A stretch of DNA of 64,000 bases from Flavobacterium sp. (lineage in GTDB: Bacteria; Bacteroidota; Bacteroidia; Flavobacteriales; Flavobacteriaceae). Positions 27,212-37,578 of the stretch are shown one piece after another; positions within the stretch are counted from its first letter, which is position 1; each line of letters begins with the position of its first letter. The stretch lies in contig JAHEHJ010000009.1 of NCBI GenBank assembly GCA_024644655.1, forward strand, positions 6,098 through 70,097, in the 5' to 3' direction. A program made the translations under genes and the position numbers. Under the pieces are notes generated by a model. It was not told the origin of the DNA. It was given only the letters and a program-made list of their open reading frames with translations, and ran no database searches.

Positions 27212-28471
27212 TTACTCCACTATAAACTTTATTGTTTGAGTTGTACCATTTGACGCTACTTTTCCAAAATAGATTCCTGAAGAAAGACTACTACAATCTA
27301 TATTTTGAATGGATTCGTTTAGCATTGCTTGTTGAATCATTCGTCCTTGAGCATCATATATAGATATAGGAGTAGGTTCAAAACTTGGAGTTTGATAAAA
27401 CACTTTAAGTTGTTTGTTTTGGATTGGATTTGGGGCAACATGTAGTTGTGTTGCACTTGCGTCTACCTCATTTGTCCCTAAGAAAGGAGTCGTTAACCAT
27501 ATTATGGCATTCATCAAGAGTATTTGGTGGTTTCCATTAGCATCAGCTATATACCCATCATATAAAGTATCCCCTGTATCCCCTGTCCCATCATCTGGTA
27601 TAGAGCTATCTCCTATTGCTACTACTTTACCTGCAAAAAAGGTGGCTTGAGCTACCATGACATTGGTTGTTCCAGTAGCACTTGAACCTGTTTTAAAAAT
27701 CAAACCTTTGACACTGCTATTTGAGGTGGTATTCAAGGTCATGGTCGTGCCGCCAGACCATTGAGCTCTAGTCACATTTCCTTTGGGACCGTGTAAAATA
27801 GGATTGGTTGGCAGGTTTGCTACATTGGTTGATGTTTGATTAAAATCAGCTGTGTCAAATGCTAGTCCGAAAGGGTCTGTTTGTATGTTATTTGTACTTA
27901 ATAAATCATTCCATACCATTAGGGAATCGTATCCATCATTATTTCTATCGGATACCGTATGATCGGCAATCATCATTAAACCGCCACCTGCTTTTACAAA
28001 ATTCACAATTGCATCTTTTTCAGTATTTGAAAAAAGCATGTTGGGTTCTGTAACTACAAAGACATTATAATGACTTAAATCTTGTACGTTACTGGTTACC
28101 CCATAGGTAATTTGACCATTAAAAGGAAGACTCTCTACTGTATAGCCTTGTTTGGCACAGTCTACAGCCCAGTATGAAAGTGCACCTTGCCAATAATCTT
28201 CGGTAGTAGTTGATGTAATACCCGATTGAGCTGGAGTAGGAAATCGTTGTGGATTTGAAGCTCCTGAACTACCTGTACTCGCATAGGGTAAATGAGTAGA
28301 CATAGAAAAATAAATATTGTGCGCATCAGCATCCACAATCCAATCTGCATTACCTGCCATTTCGGCTTTGGTAGCATCAAATAAAATTTTGATTTGAGAC
28401 CACCCATTAGTTGATATCAAAAGAAGTGTTATGCATAATGCATAATGGAAATTAAGAAATGATTTATTCAT
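27212..28471 (-). CDS. secreted protein with class I glutamine-amidotransferase-like (DUF4350/GIFT-like) domain and T9SS type A sorting domain
   Basis: Signal peptide, ILFDATKAEMAGNADW, FVKAGGGLMMIADH, GKVVAIGDSS; CTD VAPNP...IYDAQGR...SGIYF...KFIVE. Confidence 0.7.
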   Translation of the reverse strand: MNKSFLNFHYALCITLLLISTNGWSQIKILFDATKAEMAGNADWIVDADAHNIYFSMSTHLPYASTGSSGASNPQRFPTPAQSGITSTTTEDYWQGALSYWAVDCAKQGYTVESLPFNGQITYGVTSNVQDLSHYNVFVVTEPNMLFSNTEKDAIVNFVKAGGGLMMIADHTVSDRNNDGYDSLMVWNDLLSTNNIQTDPFGLAFDTADFNQTSTNVANLPTNPILHGPKGNVTRAQWSGGTTMTLNTTSNSSVKGLIFKTGSSATGTTNVMVAQATFFAGKVVAIGDSSIPDDGTGDTGDTLYDGYIADANGNHQILLMNAIIWLTTPFLGTNEVDASATQLHVAPNPIQNKQLKVFYQTPSFEPTPISIYDAQGRMIQQAMLNESIQNIDCSSLSSGIYFGKVASNGTTQTIKFIVE

Positions 28472-28585
28472 AGTGCTTTGTAAAAGTTGTGCTTTCTATT
28501 AAAAAAGCCCGTAAAAATACTAAATAGGTTTAGTTAAATAGGTTAAAACATTTCATAAATAGTAAAAAATTCCCATAACATGGGG

Positions 28586-30451
28586 TTAAGGAGTATCATT
28601 TCGGGTGTACCAAATAGGAGCCGTAATTGTTCTCTTACCATCTGATTCAGTTATATCAATATAATAATATCGAGAAGTCCCATTAGCGAGAGCTGTATGG
28701 GTATAATTGATTGAACCTGTAGTGGTACTGGTTAGTATGGTTGCATTAGTCCCACTACCGGGTACTCCAGAATATATTTTCAAGGAAGTAACTGGATTGG
28801 AAGTGGTGGTTGTAACGGTTATATTTGGCGCACCATTATTGGCGACAATACTTCCTAAGATTGCATCATTAATTTTAAAAGTAACATAAGCTGAACAATC
28901 TTCACTAGCATAGAAGTGCATTTGACGCATGGCTCCTAAGATATCATTTTCGGTTAATGCTGCTGCCAAAACCACTGTTCTTGATGGGGCAGTATGACCA
29001 TGGGTAACATTGTGATTATCGTGATCAATCATGGGTCCCAAGTGGTAACCCCTAGCGAGCATATTTCGGTAAAACGATAAGTATGCCATAGAAGATGGAG
29101 GATCGCTATAGGTTGTATTGGTTGACGTAGAAGGTCCATTTTCAACGGCAGAACCTACGATAGCTAAATCGGCAACTGCATTATAGGTTGACATAATTCC
29201 ATTATAATCGGAGTTATTGGGATGGGCAAGCGTTGCAAAGGCATTACTTCCAAATGAATTAATTGTTGGAAATAAGCCCGAAGTGCCTGTATAATCATTT
29301 TTTGCTACAAAAGTATTGTATTGTCCTGGATCCCAACCTAATAAATTGTCGACCCCATATACTAATACGTGTCCTCCACCAGATATTACTCCCCACTCCA
29401 TTCCATAGAGTGCTAAGAAAGTTGGTGTTGTAGCTGCTGCAGCTTGTGCACGTCCTAGAGCCCAATTGCTCAATGCCATTCCTGCTGCTACGTGATTGTG
29501 TTCACTAATTCCTAAAAAATCCATACAATCGGCAGCATTTCCATAGGCAAAATCCCCCGATGGCAATCCAGTTCCATCACTGTATTCACTGTGGGAATGG
29601 AAATTTCCAAAGTAATAGTTAAGAGATGTTACTAATGGAGCAGTGGTTACTGTACCCGAAAGTGGAAATGTAGTCCTGTATACATTTCCACAATGGCAAC
29701 TTGGGCTACTGTAGGAATAAACAGTTACATAATAGGGTGTGTTTTCCAATAAGGAGGTAGCAGAAAAGGAAGTATTGGCTCCGGCACTAATAACTGTAGC
29801 ATTTCCAATAGATCCCCCAACAGTATAAACTGTATTATCAACAGGTGCTGCAGTTAAATTTGCTGTGGTACTTAATAAAATCAAATAATTATAATCACCA
29901 GCTGTGGTAAAAGAGCCTGAAATTGAGTTATTCGTAGGAGCTCCAAAACTTAAAGAAGTAGGCTGAGCTACTGGTAGTTCTATAGGCGCAACAGTAGTAC
30001 TAAAATTACTCGTTAAGGGAGCACTATTATTAATAGCAGGTCCGTTAGTACAATTCACATAATTATAGGCAAACACAAAAGTATAGTAGGTTGTATTGGG
30101 TAATAAACCATAAGCTATAAAAGCAGAAGCGGTCCCATCACCTACTACAGTGGCATTTCCAATACTGTCACCAATAGTATAATCTACACCATTAGTTGGA
30201 GTTACTGTTAATGAGGATGAAACAGAAATTAAAGCCAAATAGGCATCAGCTGAGGTGGGAGTAAAAGAGGCAAAAGTACTGGTACTTTTGGTGTTTACAA
30301 AAGTCATTGCAGTAGGTTGAGTGCCTGGGGAAACACAAGTTGTGGTTGAAGGCAATGAATTGGAATAGTGGTTTATGCTTGAGGCATGTATTATCAAAGT
30401 ACCACATAGGAGGATACAACTAACAATACTTTTTAGGGTTGAATTTTTCAT
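28586..30451 (-). CDS. secreted CehA/McbA-like PHP-family metallohydrolase with two FN3-like domains
   Basis: GNFHSHSEYSDG, ISEHNH, GMEW..GGH, LAHP, DHDNH, TAPIW; no recognisable T9SS CTD. Confidence 0.8.
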   Translation of the reverse strand: MKNSTLKSIVSCILLCGTLIIHASSINHYSNSLPSTTTCVSPGTQPTAMTFVNTKSTSTFASFTPTSADAYLALISVSSSLTVTPTNGVDYTIGDSIGNATVVGDGTASAFIAYGLLPNTTYYTFVFAYNYVNCTNGPAINNSAPLTSNFSTTVAPIELPVAQPTSLSFGAPTNNSISGSFTTAGDYNYLILLSTTANLTAAPVDNTVYTVGGSIGNATVISAGANTSFSATSLLENTPYYVTVYSYSSPSCHCGNVYRTTFPLSGTVTTAPLVTSLNYYFGNFHSHSEYSDGTGLPSGDFAYGNAADCMDFLGISEHNHVAAGMALSNWALGRAQAAAATTPTFLALYGMEWGVISGGGHVLVYGVDNLLGWDPGQYNTFVAKNDYTGTSGLFPTINSFGSNAFATLAHPNNSDYNGIMSTYNAVADLAIVGSAVENGPSTSTNTTYSDPPSSMAYLSFYRNMLARGYHLGPMIDHDNHNVTHGHTAPSRTVVLAAALTENDILGAMRQMHFYASEDCSAYVTFKINDAILGSIVANNGAPNITVTTTTSNPVTSLKIYSGVPGSGTNATILTSTTTGSINYTHTALANGTSRYYYIDITESDGKRTITAPIWYTRNDTP

Positions 30452-30571
30452 GGTTTGGACGACTTATAAGTAACTAAGATAGTTACTTTTATAAAATTAA
30501 GCAATAGTACTAGACATTTCTGAGATTTAAAAATAAGTTGCGTGTATTTTAGTATTCTTTTTCTATAAAAC

Positions 30572-30604
30572 AAAAATCCCCACCACAAAGGGCGGGGATT
30601 TTTT
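30572..30604. terminator. intrinsic terminator downstream of the large adhesin gene
   Basis: aaaaatcccc...ggggattttt inverted repeat with A/T tails. Confidence 0.8.
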
Positions 30605-30653
30605 CCCTAATAATCAAAACAATAATCAAACTATATTTTGATAGCAGCAAAGA

Positions 30654-33600
30654 CTATTCGTCTTCTGCTAATTGAACTTTTTGCATTGTTAATTTTTCAT
30701 CTTTAGAAGTCATACGTTGCAAGATGTATTTTTTAGTTACCACTGCACCATTTTCTGTGGTGATTTGAACTAAAATCACTTCATTTGAACCATTAATATT
30801 TAAGGCTGTTTGAGTAGCATCTATATTATTTTGTTCCAACAATACTCGTCCTTGGATATCAAAAACTTTAACCGATTTCATTTTTTCGCTACCTGTATTG
30901 ACGATAAGACTGTTGTTTAAATCTTTGTACAATACAACTTGGTTGGCATTGAATTCATGTTTACCAGTAGTTGATAATGGCATTTGATATACGATTTCGA
31001 AACGTGTATCGAAGTTACCTGCATCTGAAGAAAAATCGTAGGCACTAGTTCTTAAGTTGTGAACTACTCCTGTTAGATTATCTTTTAAGTATATCTCTTC
31101 GCTATTGGTAAACAATCCGTCTACGCGATCAATGGCTATGGTATAGCTTCCTGCATTGGTTACCTTTAAGTTTAGAGGCACCACATCAGTTGAGTGGAAT
31201 GGCAAACCTCTACCTTGAATTGCATAAGGAGTTCCTTCGATTAAAGAGGTCAATGCTATTTCTCCATCATTAATGAATTTACCATCAATTGTTGAATCTA
31301 ATCCTGCAGTAGCATGAGTAATATACCCTACCATTGCTTGTGAAAACAATCCAGCAGTATTGGTTAAATTTAACCAAATTCTATTTTTCTCTATGATATT
31401 TACACTTCTAAAGAATTGGTTAACATGATTTTCTTGACGCATAGAATTATCAAATTCCACTGTTGATCCTTGACCTGTAGCTTCTACGAAGAATCCTTGA
31501 CCTGTTTGGATTACATCATTAGGATCATACACTTGTGCTTCACCATTATGAACAAATCCACCTTGCGTCCAAGTACAATAACTTGGTTTAGCCGCATTAT
31601 TCGTTTTTCTCCAGAAATAAATTGTACCCGAAATAGAGTTATAATTAGTAGCATTATTTACAAACGAAACCGCATTAATAGGAGATGGATAAGGATTACC
31701 CACTAAATTAAAGCGAAGATTTCCTCCACCATATACAATTGGCATGCTGTAATTACCACTATTTGGTACTCCTGTAAAAGTCCCTGTCCAGGTTGTAGCT
31801 GTTGTTGGGTGGTTGTTAGGTACTCTAATCAAGTATCCTTTAGCAACATCAAAAGCTGTTGTAGAAGGTGAAGCCACTACATCATACAAATTAGTATTTG
31901 GATTATAGGTATAGAAACGATTCGTCAAGGTAAGTGGTGAAAAAGGCAATAAATTTTGACCTGCTACTGGTGAAGACCATAAGGTATAATCTTGTCTTTT
32001 AAGAGCCGAACTAGTTCGTTTCACTTTAATAGCACCTGAATTTAAATTGATTGGTCCGCTTTGGATTAAGTTGGCGTCATTATTTAAAGTCACCAAACTT
32101 CCTGATTCTACAGTTAATCCTTCTGTAAGTGTTAAAGTATCTCCAGAAGAAATCACTACAGCAGCATTATTATTTACAACTAATGCACACGCTATTACAT
32201 TAGTACCAGCTGTAGCATACGCACTTGAAATTGTTGCTGTTTTTGTTTCATCGGGTTCCCCATCAGTCCATGCTCCATCCACATAAGTGGTAGAACCTGT
32301 ATATAATGTTATTGTAAATACATCTGATAGTGCTTGGCTACATGCACCACTTTGTACTACTGCTCTAAATTTAGTTGTTTCCGTTAATGGCTCTGTAGTA
32401 ATAGTTGGTGTTGTTGCATTAATGGATTCCCAAATTGTAAATGGACTCACAGAAGATTCCCAACGCACTATTGATCCAGTATTACCTGTTAAAGTTAACA
32501 CTTTACCGACTGTACCGGCCGCGCAGGCACTTGATGGTCCGCTCACTAATCCTCCTATAGAAACTGGATTTACAGTTACAACCCAACTTCCTGTTGATTG
32601 CACATAAGTTGTACTACAAGTATTGTCTTTCGCCAAACGAACATAAGTTGTTGTTGATGTTAAACCTGTTGGTGGATCATACGTTGCTGTATTTGAACTT
32701 ATAGCCACACCATTGGCTTGCCATTTGTAAGTGATTGAATTATCTCCACCAGTCGCTGCTGTAACATTTCCTATAAGAGACGGATTACCGTTGTAACATA
32801 CACTTTCTCCTGTAGTTGCAATTGCACCTGCTGAGAAAGCACTACGCACTGTAATCGTAATTGGAGTGGTATCTGATGCATCACCCAAACCATTTGAAGC
32901 CACCCTTTTGAAATAGGTAGTTTGTGTTAATGGCCCTGGAGAATAGGTTGCCGATGTAGCTCCAGGTATAACTGTATAACCTGTATTAGCCGTAACCGTT
33001 GATTTTTCCCATGTATACGATATTGTTCCTGTACTTGTTGTAGCAGAAGCTGTATTTGATAATGTATTTGGAGTTGCTCCATTACATATCGTTTGGTTAG
33101 ATCCAATAGACCCATGACTCACACCCGTTACCATGACATCAAAATCATAAGGTCCCGATTGACATCCATTGGTGCTGTTTTGAACCATGACTTGGAAATT
33201 ATAGATTCCTGCATTAGCTGTTGTTGGTGTATTCACCACTATTGGAGAAGAACCTAAAGGTTGATTCACCACATTGGTAAAACCATTCATGATATAAGGC
33301 ACTGCTGTAACTGAATATTGGTCAGGATTTCCAGAAGTCGATAAGAATGGAATTGTAAAACTTGATGCACCGATGGCAATATCATTAATATAATCCAATT
33401 CTACTGCTACTGCAGCATTTACGGTAACTTGTACTGCTGTTGTAGGTGTTGATTCACAACTCACTCCATTTGTAGTAGAAACTGTAATTCTACGGAATTG
33501 AGTAGTTGATGATAATAAACTCGGAGAATATGTTGCTCCTGTAGCTCCTTCAATAGTGGCCCAAGAAGGAGTTATTAAATCTGTATTTACTTCCCATCTA

Positions 33601-36600
33601 TAGCTTAAAGTACCTGTTGCTGTACCAGCTGTAGAACTTGTAATTGTAGATGGTGTTACATCTGAACAAATAGTTTGACCACCTGCAATAGCTCCAGAGG
33701 TTGGTGTTCCTTGAACCGTTACCACATAACTACCAGTAGATTGCACAAAAGTAGTATTACACATACCATCTTTTGCAAATCGGGTGAATGTTGTTGTTGT
33801 TGAAAGAGCTGCAGGTGTATAGGTGCTTGTATTAGAATTAGAAATATCTACACCATTCGCTTGCCATTTATAGGTAATTACACCATCACCACCAGTAGCG
33901 TTTGTAGTACTACCGATAGTATTTGGGACACTTCCATTACAGATTGTTTGCCCTGTTGTAGCAATTGCTCCAGCATTTAGCATTGAATTCACTTTAATTG
34001 TGCCTGTTGCTGAACCACAAACTCCTGTTAATGAGACTACATAGGTATAAGCAATAGCTGAGGAAACTGTTGGAGTTCCTGAAATGGTTACCACATTGGA
34101 AGCCCAAGAACCCGTCACACCAGTAGGTAAACCAGTAATAGTGGCGCCTGTAGCACTTGTAGTTGAATATTTTATGGTTGTAATTGCATTATTGATACAT
34201 TTTGTTTGTGCATTTGTACCAGTAGCAGAAGTAAGGGTTATAGTTCCATTACTTTTTACGGTAATTGTACCTGTTACACTTAAAGAACCACATCCTCCTG
34301 ATAAAGGTATGCTATAATTATACGTTCCTGAATTAGTTGGAGTTCCACTTATGGTTAATACGTTAGACGCCCAAACAGCAGACACCCCAGAAGGCAAGCC
34401 CGATGATGTACCTTTTCCAGTAGCACCTGTTGTAGCGTATTTAATTGGTGTAATGGCCACATTTCTACAAGCGGATTGGTTATTAGTCCCGGCAGCAGAA
34501 GTCAATGTAGCTGTTTTAATCGCTTTAACTGTAATAGATCCAGAAGTTGTTACTGGAGTAATTGCACATCCTCCTGTTAATGTCACCGTATACGTATAAG
34601 CTGTTGCAGACGAAACCGTTGGTGTTCCACTAATAGTTACGGCATTAGCGGCCCAAGTTCCTGATACACCTGTAGGCAACCCAGAAAATGTAGCGCCTGT
34701 AGCTGATATAGTTGAATAGTTTATAGTAGTAATGTTTGTATTAATACATTTACTTTGAGCTATTGTACTTGAGGAAGAAGTTAAGGTAATTGAATTGTTA
34801 GCATTAACTGTTATTGTTCCCGTAACACTTAATGTTCCACAACCTCCTGATAAAGGAATAGAGTAATTAAACGTTCCTGTAGCCGTCGGTGTACCACTAA
34901 TGGTTAACACATCAGAGGCCCAAGTAGCGGTAACTCCAGTAGGTAAACCTGTAGCAGTTCCTTTTCCTGTAGCTTCTGTTGTTGTATATGTAATAGATGT
35001 TATTGCGTTATTAACACACAATGTTTGTGCATTTGTACCCACAGCAGACGAAAGCGTTGCAGTTTTATTAGGAGATACAATTATGGTTCCAGTGGCATTT
35101 GCACTACCGCAACTTCCCGTTAATGGAATGGAATAATTAAATGTCCCTGAAGCGGTTGGAGTACCACTTATAGTAATAGTATTAGAAGCCCAAGCTGCAG
35201 TTACGCCCGCAGGTAAACCGGTAGCTGTTCCTATGCCGCTAGTAGCCGTTGTAGTATGTGTAATGGCTGTCAAAGCAGTATTGATACAAAGCGTAGGAGA
35301 AGAAGATGCAGCACCTGCACTTGAAGTTGAAGTATATACCAGATTAATATCATTTCCTGTATTACTCACGGTAAAAACACCCGCAAATGAAGGAGTAAAA
35401 GAAGAGGTATTCACCACAAAATCTGAAGCTGTAAAAGAAACTACACTCGTTCCGCCGGCTATTTTCCATGTGTAAGAATCACAACTTGTAAAACCCGTTG
35501 GATTTCCCACTAAATAGATAGTGGTAGGTGAACCTGAAGTAGAGGAAACCGTAATTGCTCCCGAAGAAGTAAGTAAATCCCAGTTTGTTCCAGCAGTCCC
35601 TGCCACATTAGAGATATCAAATGTATACGATGACCCACCGTTAAAGGTTAAAGCACCTGTTGTTAAAGTACCTATGCTATTTGTTGATGCTCCAGGATCC
35701 ATACTACCAGAAAGTGACACCGATCCCGCTGCCGTTCCGTTACCCGATAAGACAGCACCTGAAGCTACTGATACCGAGCTAGATGATGACAAACTACCGG
35801 TTACATGAAGCGTTCCAGCACTTACCGTAGTAGATCCTGAATAGGTGTTCACTGCAGACATTGTCATCGTTCCAGCACCTGATTTTGTTAAATTGTTGGT
35901 TGTACTTACGATTCCACTTAAGGTTAAATCGGCTGCACTTGTTCCATCATTTGCCACAGTAAAAGTTCTATTAGACCCTAATGCTAAAGGACAGCTAATG
36001 CTTGCATCACCTGTTCCTGATCCCGTATAATTTACGGTAACATTACCTCCTAATGTAAATAATCCTGTTCCAGTAATTGTTGAACCAGATGTACCATTTT
36101 CTAATGTTAAAGAAGATGGAGAAGAAAGCGTAAATGTAGACAGAGCCAAAGTAGCGCCATCTTTCACTGTTAAGGGTGCACTTGAAAACGATTTATTGGC
36201 ATTAAGCGTAATCGTTCCCGTATTTTTTATGATTATTCCACCAGTAGCTGCAAATGAAGAAATCCATTCTTCTGATGAAGCTGTTCTAGACGTAGCTGTA
36301 TTGTACTGAAGCGTTGCTGCAGAACCATAGGTAACAACCCCTGAAGTAGCTACAACTGTAGCTGTTCCTTCTAAGGATAAAACCCCATTAACTGTAGGTG
36401 TAGTGGCGAATGTTTTAACACCAGTACCTGATAGTGTAAGATTATTGTAGATTGCCACCTTTGCCGTTTGGGCCCCACCAGTATATTCTACTGTAGAACC
36501 CGCCACTGTAGTAAGCGTTCCTCCTACTGTACCTGAAGACAACAATTGTCCTCCTACTTTTAATAGACCTGCATCTGTAAATGTAATAGAGGCACTAATT

Positions 36601-37091
36601 CCTGTACTATTTGTGGTAATATTTCCAGAGACAACCACAGTTCCTGTAGAAATGGTTATTTCGTGATTGACTGTACTACCACCACTTGTAAAAGCAATAC
36701 TTGCTGCATTCAAAGTTCCTGCACCAACAGCAATTAAGTTTTTACCCGTTGCTGTTCGAGGAATTGTGATTGCTCCAGACACTGTTAGTGTAATTCCTGA
36801 ATTGATAGTAAGTGAAGTGGCTGTAGTAGTTGTAAAGGTAATAGTACTACAAGCCGCATCTGCAGTCACAGTTACATTAAAACCTTTTTCAATGATTACA
36901 GTATCACCCGCTACGGGTACCGAAGCACCTGAAGCTCCACCAGATGAGGTGGACCATGTTGAGGTCGAGTTCCAGTTACCCGAGGCAACTGAATATCGAG
37001 TTGCTCCTTGAGCAATCGATACGATAAAAAACAGAGCAAACACTAGTAATGTTTTACTACTCGTTTTTAAATCCAGTAAAATTGTTTTCAT
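30654..37091 (-). CDS. large T9SS-secreted Ser/Thr/Gly-rich surface protein (adhesin-like, 2145 aa)
   Basis: Signal peptide, beta-helix-like N-region with an autotransporter-associated repeat (LTKSGAGTMTMSAVNTYSGSTTVSAGTL), Ig/PKD-like repeats, FNLVGNPYPS domain, CTD VKVFDIQGR...VTKK. Confidence 0.85.
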   Translation of the reverse strand: MKTILLDLKTSSKTLLVFALFFIVSIAQGATRYSVASGNWNSTSTWSTSSGGASGASVPVAGDTVIIEKGFNVTVTADAACSTITFTTTTATSLTINSGITLTVSGAITIPRTATGKNLIAVGAGTLNAASIAFTSGGSTVNHEITISTGTVVVSGNITTNSTGISASITFTDAGLLKVGGQLLSSGTVGGTLTTVAGSTVEYTGGAQTAKVAIYNNLTLSGTGVKTFATTPTVNGVLSLEGTATVVATSGVVTYGSAATLQYNTATSRTASSEEWISSFAATGGIIIKNTGTITLNANKSFSSAPLTVKDGATLALSTFTLSSPSSLTLENGTSGSTITGTGLFTLGGNVTVNYTGSGTGDASISCPLALGSNRTFTVANDGTSAADLTLSGIVSTTNNLTKSGAGTMTMSAVNTYSGSTTVSAGTLHVTGSLSSSSSVSVASGAVLSGNGTAAGSVSLSGSMDPGASTNSIGTLTTGALTFNGGSSYTFDISNVAGTAGTNWDLLTSSGAITVSSTSGSPTTIYLVGNPTGFTSCDSYTWKIAGGTSVVSFTASDFVVNTSSFTPSFAGVFTVSNTGNDINLVYTSTSSAGAASSSPTLCINTALTAITHTTTATSGIGTATGLPAGVTAAWASNTITISGTPTASGTFNYSIPLTGSCGSANATGTIIVSPNKTATLSSAVGTNAQTLCVNNAITSITYTTTEATGKGTATGLPTGVTATWASDVLTISGTPTATGTFNYSIPLSGGCGTLSVTGTITVNANNSITLTSSSSTIAQSKCINTNITTINYSTISATGATFSGLPTGVSGTWAANAVTISGTPTVSSATAYTYTVTLTGGCAITPVTTSGSITVKAIKTATLTSAAGTNNQSACRNVAITPIKYATTGATGKGTSSGLPSGVSAVWASNVLTISGTPTNSGTYNYSIPLSGGCGSLSVTGTITVKSNGTITLTSATGTNAQTKCINNAITTIKYSTTSATGATITGLPTGVTGSWASNVVTISGTPTVSSAIAYTYVVSLTGVCGSATGTIKVNSMLNAGAIATTGQTICNGSVPNTIGSTTNATGGDGVITYKWQANGVDISNSNTSTYTPAALSTTTTFTRFAKDGMCNTTFVQSTGSYVVTVQGTPTSGAIAGGQTICSDVTPSTITSSTAGTATGTLSYRWEVNTDLITPSWATIEGATGATYSPSLLSSTTQFRRITVSTTNGVSCESTPTTAVQVTVNAAVAVELDYINDIAIGASSFTIPFLSTSGNPDQYSVTAVPYIMNGFTNVVNQPLGSSPIVVNTPTTANAGIYNFQVMVQNSTNGCQSGPYDFDVMVTGVSHGSIGSNQTICNGATPNTLSNTASATTSTGTISYTWEKSTVTANTGYTVIPGATSATYSPGPLTQTTYFKRVASNGLGDASDTTPITITVRSAFSAGAIATTGESVCYNGNPSLIGNVTAATGGDNSITYKWQANGVAISSNTATYDPPTGLTSTTTYVRLAKDNTCSTTYVQSTGSWVVTVNPVSIGGLVSGPSSACAAGTVGKVLTLTGNTGSIVRWESSVSPFTIWESINATTPTITTEPLTETTKFRAVVQSGACSQALSDVFTITLYTGSTTYVDGAWTDGEPDETKTATISSAYATAGTNVIACALVVNNNAAVVISSGDTLTLTEGLTVESGSLVTLNNDANLIQSGPINLNSGAIKVKRTSSALKRQDYTLWSSPVAGQNLLPFSPLTLTNRFYTYNPNTNLYDVVASPSTTAFDVAKGYLIRVPNNHPTTATTWTGTFTGVPNSGNYSMPIVYGGGNLRFNLVGNPYPSPINAVSFVNNATNYNSISGTIYFWRKTNNAAKPSYCTWTQGGFVHNGEAQVYDPNDVIQTGQGFFVEATGQGSTVEFDNSMRQENHVNQFFRSVNIIEKNRIWLNLTNTAGLFSQAMVGYITHATAGLDSTIDGKFINDGEIALTSLIEGTPYAIQGRGLPFHSTDVVPLNLKVTNAGSYTIAIDRVDGLFTNSEEIYLKDNLTGVVHNLRTSAYDFSSDAGNFDTRFEIVYQMPLSTTGKHEFNANQVVLYKDLNNSLIVNTGSEKMKSVKVFDIQGRVLLEQNNIDATQTALNINGSNEVILVQITTENGAVVTKKYILQRMTSKDEKLTMQKVQLAEDE
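33990..35310 (-). repeat. five tandem approx. 90-aa Ig-like coding repeats within the adhesin
   Basis: Recurrent C..NAIT.I.Y...GLP.GV...W..N..TISGTPT....Y...L.G.CG unit. Confidence 0.85.
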
Positions 37092-37140
37092 AATAGTAGA
37101 TTATAGTTTTAAAGATTATAGGGGTTTTATGTTTATAGTA

Positions 37141-37148
37141 CAAATTTA
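37141..37148 (-). promoter_or_regulatory. -7 promoter element for the adhesin gene
   Basis: TAAATTTG about 50 nt upstream of ATG 37091. Confidence 0.55.
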
Positions 37149-37578
37149 GGTCAACTTCCTAGGCTGCATGTAGGAATTTCGTTAGTATGCTTTTAACTGT
37201 AGACGGAATGCATTTTTTTGTTGTTTATTCGACATTTTATCGTTTAAATACCAAAATATGCGCCTATTGAATCATTTTACTGGTCTATCTCGTAGGAAAC
37301 ACTAAAGTCCAATAGCTACTTAAAAGAATAGTACAAATAGATTTTATTTCAAGACAGAACCATTATTCCCTATAATTTTTATTATGCTGCTTTACTACTT
37401 ATTGGAGAATTCTTAAAAAAGGCACTTTTCTATTGTAGTAAACAAAAAAAGCTTGCGTTTAAATATATTATATATAAAAACATACCATACCCCCTATTTT
37501 AACACACCTAAAGCTTAAAGTAAATCTAATTATTATTATTTTTACCCCTATAAAACAAGGGTATAAAATCAAAATAAT

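Noticed and set aside
32047-37011. Numerous + strand ORFs opposite the adhesin
   Set aside because: Antisense shadows of Thr/Gly/Ser-rich repetitive codons with no independent motifs
37195-37255. Possible LytTR-type direct repeats upstream of the adhesin gene
   Set aside because: Too degenerate to define a repeat unit by eye
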